From: an uncultured bacterium
Lineage (GTDB): Bacteria > Muiribacteriota > UBA6191 > CAZXTJ01
Length of the DNA: 50,263 nucleotides
Direction: 5' to 3'
Assembly: GCA_964643655.1 (NCBI GenBank)
Contig: CAZXTJ010000001.1
Span: forward strand, 1-50,263
The notes under the pieces were generated by a model. It searched no databases, was not told the origin of the DNA, and was given only the letters and a program-made list of their open reading frames with translations. Shown piece by piece: positions 17,319 through 25,077 of this stretch (position 1 is the stretch's first letter; each line of letters opens with the position of its first letter). The position numbers and the translations under genes were made by a program.

Positions 17319-18149
17319 ATGAAGAGGTCAACAAGAGGTCTTTTGGCAGCTTCCCTCTGCTTTTGTCTTGCCTATTCTGTTTCAGGCTGTGCCAATCCAC
17401 AGATGATGCAACAATTGACCCAGACCATCATTCAGTTGTCTGGTCTTGGTGGTGGTGGCGGAATGGGTAATGGTGGTGGTTTTTTACCACCAATAACCGG
17501 TGGTTCATCAGGACCAGGCCCGGCCAACCCAGGATTTCCTGGTGGACAATCCAAACCACCAACTCAGCCCTGGACCAATCAGCAGCAACCTCCTCTACCT
17601 ACCTCTGCACAGGAAGCCTTAAAGGAGTTGGCAACGAAATACGGAATAAAGCTAACTGGCCCTTATGGCGAGTACGATGTGAAAAATGCTCTCAACTGCG
17701 CTCGCCTCTATAAACCTGAGTTTACTCAACAGTTGACCATGCGCTATTCGGGAAGGAATTTTCACGGTGGTATAGCAGGTACCTGGGAGAATTATGGTGC
17801 TGGTGGATTCATTCAAATCTATGACAGCAAAGGACCATCCACGACTGCCCATGAAATGATGCACCACGTGGCCCTAGCCTCACGTAACAGACAAACGAGT
17901 ATGGCAAAAACAAATCAGATGATAGGTTCTTATCTGCCGGGGAGAAGGCCTCGTCGAGCAGCTCGTAACTTGATACCAACCAACTATGCCATGACAAATG
18001 CAGACGAATGGATTGCGGAAGCGTGTTCACTATATGCCATCAAAGTACGTAATTTGGATTGTCCTTACTGGCGGAATGCTGTCTTTAGTTCCTTCAATCC
18101 TCATCAGCCTTTTCGTGACGATATGAAATACCTCATGTCCGACAGTTGA
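17319..18149 (+). CDS. Lipoprotein with a zincin HExxH motif (ATLF/M34-like metallopeptidase candidate)
   Basis: 276 aa. Lipobox AYSVSGC, then a Gly/Pro-rich linker. TAHEMMHHV is HExxH. The downstream NADEWIAEACSLY resembles the EyFAEaF third-ligand helix of ATLF-like domains. The stop overlaps the start of the next gene. Confidence 0.55.
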   Translation: MKRSTRGLLAASLCFCLAYSVSGCANPQMMQQLTQTIIQLSGLGGGGGMGNGGGFLPPITGGSSGPGPANPGFPGGQSKPPTQPWTNQQQPPLPTSAQEALKELATKYGIKLTGPYGEYDVKNALNCARLYKPEFTQQLTMRYSGRNFHGGIAGTWENYGAGGFIQIYDSKGPSTTAHEMMHHVALASRNRQTSMAKTNQMIGSYLPGRRPRRAARNLIPTNYAMTNADEWIAEACSLYAIKVRNLDCPYWRNAVFSSFNPHQPFRDDMKYLMSDS

Positions 18150-19759
18150 TGAGTATTGGGAGCACAATGAAAATCGTCAAATGGCAAAAAGCAGGCTCTG
18201 GATTAATCGTAATGATGGTCCTTACAGTAGTCTTTTTGCTTGCTACGATAGTCCTCTATCAATCATCACACACCTCTGCAGTTACCCACGATACAGATAC
18301 TCTCCTTAGGGGAGATGTTCTGCAGAACCTTGTCAATTCGGCTGCAGAAGAGGCTGGAGCCAAGCTCGAGTATCTCTTCAATGAACCTAAATCTCCAGTT
18401 TTCTCCATGATTAGACAAGTCGTCTATAGGCCTGATGTTGGTGAATATGACTTCAGTGAATATGTCTCCACACCAGAGCTCACAGCGATTATCGCCTCCT
18501 CTGAATATGCCCAATACAAAGTCGAAGCTCCTGAAGTCAAAGTCGTTCTGCAGCGACAACTGGACAAGACTGAATATGAACGTTTTGGCATTGTCACCCT
18601 TCGTGTCACTGGCACTTCTGGAGGTATATTAGGGAGGCAGGTCAAACGTAGAATCGAGTTTGCCCGAGCCTTCAAAGTAGCTTTGACTACAGTCCCACGA
18701 CCCTTTGACACTTATGGCATCTATTACGCCAATGCAGAAGGAGTCACTGACACGAATTCAGTCAATGACTCTCGCCAGCGACTCATCAGTCTCAATGATG
18801 AGTTGTGGTCCTCATTAAAACGAGCCAAAGTGGAAAATGTGCTCGAAGAGGGGGCAGAAATGAAAGCCCTCGAAGGCCGTTTATTACCTCAAAACCAAGC
18901 ACGTGAGCGAGTCAACGAACTTGCGCAGCTCAAGGGCGGTGCTCTTTTAGGGCTTTATTACCCAGGTGTTTCACTGAAGCTGAATACTCTCGACTTGGCT
19001 GAGTATCTGAGAGCTTTGGTCTCTAAAGCTGAGAGAGCTTTAAGGCGAACAAAAACACTTACTCGGCAAGAAGAGTTTGTACCAGCTGCTTCAATGACAA
19101 ACGAGCTCGTTTACGAAGGTTTGTGGCGCATATGGGCTCATAAAGAAGCCTTTCGTTTAATCAAAACCAGTGACGAAGCTTATAATGCTCTGCAGCATTA
19201 TCATTTCAGCTTTGAAAAAGACTTCTGGCGTAAACGAATTCAATACAAAGTCGAGAAACGAGCCAACGAAGAGAGCTTCTCTGCGGCCTGGCAGAGATAC
19301 AGAAAAGACCATCCTACTCTTCGTGGTGTCATCTCAACAAACAATGATGTACCCCTTTATCTCACAGGTAAAATCACAGGTTCTGCCGTAATCGTCGTTG
19401 GACCTGGTGGAGCCATAATTCACGATTTGAACAAGAGTGGTGGTCCCAAGGATTTGCTGACGATAGTTTCTTATGCAGGACCAATACACATAAAAGGAGA
19501 GTGTCACTGTTCCCTTTTTCTTTGTAAACCCAACGGCGCTGAAAGGCCAGAAGTCAACATTCCCGCTGATGCTACGCTCTTGGGAAATTTAGTTTCCTGG
19601 AGTCCACCACTGGCAACATCTTTGCAAGGGATGATAAAAAGGGATATGAGATATGTCTCTGGATTTAATGGTGATAAAGGTCAAGTCGTCTTGAACAATC
19701 ATTTGTTACATGTGGCCTTTTCTCCAAAGACTATCTATAGGAAGGTGAAGAGGAATTGA
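18149..19759 (+). CDS. Large pseudopilin-like protein lacking Glu+5, cassette B (paralogue of 12959-14746)
   Basis: 536 aa from ATG 18149 (the track gives TTG 18146). N-terminus KWQKAGSGLIVMMVLTVVFLLATIVLY without Glu+5. Shares the TVPRPFD and DLLTIVSY motifs with the cassette A protein. Confidence 0.6.
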   Translation: MSIGSTMKIVKWQKAGSGLIVMMVLTVVFLLATIVLYQSSHTSAVTHDTDTLLRGDVLQNLVNSAAEEAGAKLEYLFNEPKSPVFSMIRQVVYRPDVGEYDFSEYVSTPELTAIIASSEYAQYKVEAPEVKVVLQRQLDKTEYERFGIVTLRVTGTSGGILGRQVKRRIEFARAFKVALTTVPRPFDTYGIYYANAEGVTDTNSVNDSRQRLISLNDELWSSLKRAKVENVLEEGAEMKALEGRLLPQNQARERVNELAQLKGGALLGLYYPGVSLKLNTLDLAEYLRALVSKAERALRRTKTLTRQEEFVPAASMTNELVYEGLWRIWAHKEAFRLIKTSDEAYNALQHYHFSFEKDFWRKRIQYKVEKRANEESFSAAWQRYRKDHPTLRGVISTNNDVPLYLTGKITGSAVIVVGPGGAIIHDLNKSGGPKDLLTIVSYAGPIHIKGECHCSLFLCKPNGAERPEVNIPADATLLGNLVSWSPPLATSLQGMIKRDMRYVSGFNGDKGQVVLNNHLLHVAFSPKTIYRKVKRN

Positions 19760-20175
19760 GGAGTAGAACCTCAGGTATAACAATCGTTGAAGTGCTCATT
19801 GCAGGTGTTATTTTTGCATTGGCTCTTTTTCCCATCTTCTCTCTTCATCAAGGACTCTTCAAACAAAGCTCACAAGCTAGCCATTTGCTCGATGCTCAGT
19901 GCCATTTGTTGGAAATGATGGGGACCATCGAGAGCAGGATGTATGCACAGAGATTTAAGATTGAAGAAGCACGAGCTTTGCAATCAACGAATAAAGTCCA
20001 TTGGGGTCAGCATGAGTTAGAAGTGGAAGAGACAATTTCTCAATACAGATCGAAGTTGACGACAGGAATCTGGCGCATAGATTGTGCCCTTCAGTGGCGG
20101 GAGTCACGTGGAAGCAAATCCATAAACCGTAAACTAGCCCTATCTCGTTTAGTGGCAGAACCAAGCGAAAGGTAG
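19756..20175 (+). CDS. Prepilin-type N-terminal domain protein (minor pseudopilin), cassette B
   Basis: 139 aa. TTG start overlapping the upstream stop. The leader MRSRTSG/ITIVEVLIAGVIFALAL has Glu+5. Confidence 0.75.
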   Translation: MRSRTSGITIVEVLIAGVIFALALFPIFSLHQGLFKQSSQASHLLDAQCHLLEMMGTIESRMYAQRFKIEEARALQSTNKVHWGQHELEVEETISQYRSKLTTGIWRIDCALQWRESRGSKSINRKLALSRLVAEPSER

Positions 20176-20178
20176 ACA

Positions 20179-20775
20179 ATGCGCCGAGGATTCACCTTGC
20201 TGGAAGTAATTGTCGCTTTTTTCCTCCTTTGTTCGCTTGTTGGACTGCTTTATTCGAGTTTTGCTACTGGCTGGCGTAGAAGTGATAAATTGTCTTTTCG
20301 TTTACAGGCTCTACAGGCGGCTTACATTGTGAGGACGGTCTTAGCAGCTGATTTGGCCAGTTATATACCTGGTCCCGTTGGACAAGAAGCTGTTTACGAC
20401 TCTCCCTCACTTGGATTTAAAATGGTGACTCCCGAAGACGGTGCTGGTATTGAAGGCACTTGCCTCGATGAGGATTTAAAACCCATTTCATTTCCCGTTA
20501 CTTACGAGTTCGACAAAACTACTCACAGAATATACAGAAACGGAAAACCCCTAGGCCAAATGCGATTTGCCAAAGCAGCGTTTTTTCACGAACCATATGA
20601 AGAAGGCTGCGAAAAAGGCGAAACTGTTGGTGTCCATCTTGTCATCGTGCCGGAAAGTAAGTTGGAAAATCCTGATAAAGAACAGAATAAAAAATTCGAG
20701 GTCAAGTTTACTTTTCATTGCCCACAAACTACGTTAGCGCGCGTCTATGATGATTGGTCAGTTTACACTTTTTGA
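20179..20775 (+). CDS. Prepilin-type N-terminal domain protein (minor pseudopilin), cassette B
   Basis: 198 aa. Leader MRRG/FTLLEVIVAFFLL. Confidence 0.85.
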   Translation: MRRGFTLLEVIVAFFLLCSLVGLLYSSFATGWRRSDKLSFRLQALQAAYIVRTVLAADLASYIPGPVGQEAVYDSPSLGFKMVTPEDGAGIEGTCLDEDLKPISFPVTYEFDKTTHRIYRNGKPLGQMRFAKAAFFHEPYEEGCEKGETVGVHLVIVPESKLENPDKEQNKKFEVKFTFHCPQTTLARVYDDWSVYTF

Positions 20776-21702
20776 TTAAAGGTAAGAGAGAATAGCTGCA
20801 GTTCCGAGTAGTAATGCGACTTTTGTCCCACAGCCTTGCGTGCTCGTTTTAGATGGTTTGCTCTCTTCGATATCCATCCCTAAACTATTACCCAAAGCTA
20901 TCAAGTCAGTGTTTATATCTTCGACGGAGGCATATCTGCCAGCTGGTGTTTTCATTAGACAGCGGTTGACAATAGGATCCCAAAGTTCTGATATGCCCTC
21001 TCTGAGAGAAGAAATTGGCGGCGGTTGATAAGATACTATTTTTTCGATGACGTCGCCTAAAGCATTGGCACAGAAGGGGTTTTCGCCAGCAAGCAGTTCA
21101 TAGGCGATTATGCCCAAGGCAAAGATATCACTTCGTTCATCAGCGTCGTTGCCGAGCAAGACCTCTGGTGAAATATAGTTTGGCGTTCCCATCGTGATGC
21201 CCGTACCTGTCAGCGGTGCTTGTTCATGTGAGCGAGCAATGCCAAAGTCTGTGATGGCTATAGATGAGTCAAGGCGAATGAGAACATTCTCTGGTTTCAA
21301 GTCACGATGAATAATGCCAAGGGAGTGTATGTAGGTGAAAGCTGAACACAGTTGCCTCAATATGGCGACTACTCTTTTCTCCTCTTGAGCTCCTTTGTTA
21401 TGAACTAGATCTTCCAGACTCTGTTGAGGAAGTAGCTCCATAGCGTAATAACTTCGTTTTTCGTCCACTTTGCCAAAATGGTACATCTTCACAACGTTGG
21501 GATGGGAGAGCTGTGCACACAATTCGTATTCTCTTTGAAATCGTTCTCGGTACTCTTCAGAAATGGAACGTCTACCCTTGAGGATTTTGACTGCAACGTC
21601 ACGATTTTCTTTTTTGTCGTGGGCAAGAAATATGTTGGCCATGCCTCCACTGCCCAGCTCTTCACAGAGCTCAAACCGCTGGTCCAATATCGTTCCGACC
21701 AT
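20776..21702 (-). CDS. Tail-anchored Hanks-type Ser/Thr protein kinase
   Basis: 308 aa. Motifs GSGGMANIF, VAVKIL, HRDLKPEN, TDFG, GTPNYISPE. A single hydrophobic C-terminal segment (VALLLGTAAILSYL). Confidence 0.9.
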   Translation of the reverse strand: MVGTILDQRFELCEELGSGGMANIFLAHDKKENRDVAVKILKGRRSISEEYRERFQREYELCAQLSHPNVVKMYHFGKVDEKRSYYAMELLPQQSLEDLVHNKGAQEEKRVVAILRQLCSAFTYIHSLGIIHRDLKPENVLIRLDSSIAITDFGIARSHEQAPLTGTGITMGTPNYISPEVLLGNDADERSDIFALGIIAYELLAGENPFCANALGDVIEKIVSYQPPPISSLREGISELWDPIVNRCLMKTPAGRYASVEDINTDLIALGNSLGMDIEESKPSKTSTQGCGTKVALLLGTAAILSYL

Positions 21703-22700
21703 TAATCAACGAGCTCCGTACCAAGTTTGACAAGACTTTGGCAGAAAGCTGATGATGAGCAGGCCTCATCACGTGTCGACTGATAACATCTGGCAAGCAA
21801 TGCAAGTCGATAAGCCATTGCTGCTCTGATAATTAGTCTGTCATCTTGGGAGAATTCTTTCCCCGCTGCAGTCTCATAAGCTCTGATGTAGTCTTCCATC
21901 AAGGAGATAGTGGGTGGTTCCTGCTGATCTAAATAAGGAGTGTTCCAAAAAGAGGCTGCAGTACTACCAAGGAGTATTCTTTCATCTTCAGCCACGAGAC
22001 TGTACCAGTCAAATGCTGCAGTCAAACGGTTGCCAGTAAAACGAGTACATTTGGCGCTCCAATCACTGTGTCCCACAATGAGTGCTCCACGTTGACGAGT
22101 TACCTTGTGTTTAGCAGCCAGAGCAATTTTGTCTATGGGCTCAGCATTATTGTTTTCCTTGAATTCATAGAACTCGCTCAAATGAAGTGGCCATAGTCTT
22201 TCTGTTGGAATGATGTGTTCTTTTAATCCATCGTGTTTTACTTCTTTTAACAGGCTGTGGAGTCTTACTTGCTCTCTGGCTAGTTCTTGAACTCGCTCTG
22301 GTAGTAAACAATCCTCGAATCTTCCCTCTTCAGTCAATCGTTCAACAAATGCGATGGCATTGCATAATCGTTCACAATCTGTGAGGGGTTTAGGGCAAGG
22401 GAAACCTTTCTCAAAAAGGTAGGACTGCATTTTGATTACAGTTTTTATATGCTCGGAGAAGATCTCTTCAGGGAAAAGTTTGACTACGACTTTTTCATCG
22501 TTGGAGAGTGTGAATCCAAAAACAGCAGAGATACTGAGCTCAAAAAACAATAAAGAAGTGGGCCTAGCTTTTAGGGAATTTGCCAGATAATGTTCGATAG
22601 AAAACTCGAGTGTATCTGGATCTGTTTCTCCAAGAACGAGCTCATAGAGGCGTTCATTATCGCCATCTAACAAGGCCGTGTTAATACTCTCCGTAATCAC
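21702..22700 (-). CDS. APH/choline-kinase-like phosphotransferase family protein (tentative)
   Basis: 332 aa. GHSDWSAKC resembles the HxDxxxxN catalytic loop but has Cys in place of Asn. It is followed by AAFDWYS (DFG-equivalent iDW). 1-nt overlap (TAATG) with the downstream kinase gene. Confidence 0.45.
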   Translation of the reverse strand: MITESINTALLDGDNERLYELVLGETDPDTLEFSIEHYLANSLKARPTSLLFFELSISAVFGFTLSNDEKVVVKLFPEEIFSEHIKTVIKMQSYLFEKGFPCPKPLTDCERLCNAIAFVERLTEEGRFEDCLLPERVQELAREQVRLHSLLKEVKHDGLKEHIIPTERLWPLHLSEFYEFKENNNAEPIDKIALAAKHKVTRQRGALIVGHSDWSAKCTRFTGNRLTAAFDWYSLVAEDERILLGSTAASFWNTPYLDQQEPPTISLMEDYIRAYETAAGKEFSQDDRLIIRAAMAYRLALLARCYQSTRDEACSSSAFCQSLVKLGTELVD

Positions 22701-24173
22701 TTATGCCCCCTCATCAAAGCCTGCGGCATTGCCTGTAGGTAAACTCAAGGATACGAGAGCCCCACCCTCTTTTCTGTTAGACAGTTTAACATCTCCTTTG
22801 TGTAAAGAGGCTACCTCTCGAACGAATGCCAATCCCAATCCAGAGCTTTTACGACCATTGCCTGGTCTTTCCAAAGAATAAAAACGATCGAATACTTTTT
22901 CTAGAGCATAGTCTGGGACACCCACACCTGTGTCTGAGATGTGAAAAGTCAGAGTGTCATTTTCCTCTTTAGACTCAATGGTCACCTTGCCTTGAGGGAG
23001 AGTAAAATCGATTGCATTTTGTACGAGATTAACGAGGGCATGTCGCACGAGAAAAGATTCACAGCGTATGGAGGTTTCCTTCAAATCTTCATTTTCAATG
23101 ACAGTGAGAGAGATATCCTTCTGTTTGGCCAAGGCAGAAAGACTATTGGCCACCTCTTTGAGTAGAGGCGAAATTTTGGTCTCCTCTACATTTTTGAGCT
23201 CGCGACGACTCTCTAGTGAAGCAAGCACCAGGAGCCTGTCTACGATGTCACGCAATCTTTTACTCTCTGACTGGATGTTGCCGAGAAACCTATCCTGATC
23301 CTCTTTGTCCATTTCTTCATTGAGAAGCTCAGCTGCACCAGTGATGGCAGCCAAAGGAGCTTTCATTTCATGAGACAATGTTTGCACGTATTTCTCAACA
23401 TAACGGCGGCCTTCGAGGGCTTCCCGCATTTCTTCAATTGTATGCGCCAAGAGGGAAAGCTCACTGGCTCCATTGATTTGCAGTGGCCCTCTTTCACCTT
23501 CCGATACGGCATGAGCGCGTGCTGTCAATTGCTGCAATGGACGGGTAACCCAGGCCGTCAGTACACCGCCGAATAAAATGATGATGACCAAGGTGATAGC
23601 CCCTGTGAAAAATATGCGTCTTTTTACTGTCTTCATGAACATCAAAACTGCATCTACTGGTTTGATGACAGTGACAACACCTACGACCTTGCCCTTGGGA
23701 TTTTTTATGGGCGCAGCAACGAACATAGAACTAGTACTGGGATCATCCCTTACTTTCCTCGTCGTTCTCGCTCCATAACGACCACGCAAGGTCAGATAAA
23801 CATCGTTCCAAGTGGAGTGGTCTTTGCCCACTGGATAAGATGGATCTGTAGTAAACAAGATGACTCCTTTGTCATCTGTTACATAAACACCAAGATCAAT
23901 CTTCCTTTTGGTTATCTCATAAATCCTGGCCTTAATGTGTCTTTTGCCCAATCTGGAAAAAAGTTTACGCATGCTGTGGACAGTGACAATGTTACTTGCA
24001 GCCATTTCTTCTTCAATAAGGACTGCAAGTATATTGGCCGTGTCGTTCAAAGACTCTTCCACGGCTTCTCTGTACCGTGGTTTGACGTCCTCCAAGACCC
24101 AGTGAAGTATCAAACAAGCACCGATGATGACGATGGAAGAAAATGCCAGCAAGAACCTAGTGCGAAGATTCAA
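22701..24173 (-). CDS. creC: Sensor histidine kinase, CreC-like
   Basis: 490 aa. N-terminal TM, periplasmic region with WNDVYLTLRGRYGARTT, second TM plus HAMP, H-box LSHEMKAPLAAITGAAELL, and C-terminal DRFYSL...SSGLGLAFVREVA. These match E. coli CreC as I recall it. Confidence 0.75.
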   Translation of the reverse strand: MNLRTRFLLAFSSIVIIGACLILHWVLEDVKPRYREAVEESLNDTANILAVLIEEEMAASNIVTVHSMRKLFSRLGKRHIKARIYEITKRKIDLGVYVTDDKGVILFTTDPSYPVGKDHSTWNDVYLTLRGRYGARTTRKVRDDPSTSSMFVAAPIKNPKGKVVGVVTVIKPVDAVLMFMKTVKRRIFFTGAITLVIIILFGGVLTAWVTRPLQQLTARAHAVSEGERGPLQINGASELSLLAHTIEEMREALEGRRYVEKYVQTLSHEMKAPLAAITGAAELLNEEMDKEDQDRFLGNIQSESKRLRDIVDRLLVLASLESRRELKNVEETKISPLLKEVANSLSALAKQKDISLTVIENEDLKETSIRCESFLVRHALVNLVQNAIDFTLPQGKVTIESKEENDTLTFHISDTGVGVPDYALEKVFDRFYSLERPGNGRKSSGLGLAFVREVASLHKGDVKLSNRKEGGALVSLSLPTGNAAGFDEGA

Positions 24174-24862
24174 GATTGCTCCTCGAGAGAATAACCAAGT
24201 CCACGATGGGTCACGATTGGATTAGAGCCTGGCCTTATGTCTCGAAGTTTGGCTCTTAGAGTTTTGATGTGACTGTCCACAGTTCTCTCGAGGCTAATGT
24301 CTGGTTCCTCCCAGGCTAAATCCATGAGTTGGCGTCTGGAAAAAACTCGGCCTGGTCTTTCTATCAGTATTTTGAGCAGGCGATATTCGTATCGCGTCAA
24401 GTCGAGAAGAACGTCAGCAAAGGTAATGGAGCAACGACTTTCATCAAGAACAAACTGACCGAGTTCTATCCTTGTTGGTTCTTCAGTCTCTTTAGTTACT
24501 TGGAGACTGCGACGCAATACTGCCTTTACCCTTGCCGTTAATTCTCTTGGACTGAAGGGTTTGACGACATAGTCGTCTCCGCCTATCTCCAAACCAACGA
24601 CTCTGTCTACCTCATCTGCTCTGGCAGTCAAAAAGATGACAGGAAGTTGCGATTTACTGCGGATCTCCTTGCATAATTCAAAGCCGCTGCCATCGGGAAG
24701 GCCTACATCGAGTATGGCCAAGTCGACAGACTCTTCTTCCAGTAATTTGCGCGCTTCGCCACAGGTTTTTGCCCATAGGGGAGTAAAACCATCGGTTTTT
24801 AGGGCATATACGATGGTATCAGCAATTGCTGGTTCGTCTTCGAGGACGAGAACACGTTTCAT
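24170..24862 (-). CDS. creB: OmpR-family response regulator, CreB-like
   Basis: I prefer the ATG at 24862 (MKRVLVLEDEPAIADTIVYALK). Receiver Asp in LAILDVGLPDGSG. Winged-helix C-terminus (RVFSRRQLMD...IVTHRGLGY). 4-nt overlap with creC. Confidence 0.8.
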   Translation of the reverse strand: MKRVLVLEDEPAIADTIVYALKTDGFTPLWAKTCGEARKLLEEESVDLAILDVGLPDGSGFELCKEIRSKSQLPVIFLTARADEVDRVVGLEIGGDDYVVKPFSPRELTARVKAVLRRSLQVTKETEEPTRIELGQFVLDESRCSITFADVLLDLTRYEYRLLKILIERPGRVFSRRQLMDLAWEEPDISLERTVDSHIKTLRAKLRDIRPGSNPIVTHRGLGYSLEEQS

Positions 24863-25077
24863 CTGGACTCTCTTTCCTCTTCCGATGTTAGAGCTTGTCC
24901 TATCTTTCTGCAAGCTTCGCCTATATATGATCTTGCAATAGACAAGGGCAAAAAGCACTGCATGAAAAAGCCTGTTTAGCTATTGAGCTCATAAAGCACT
25001 CTGTTCTTTGGCCCAATATTTGATTCCCCTACGTATTCTCATGGTAAGAAGAACAATATACATACTCTCGTTGGAAA

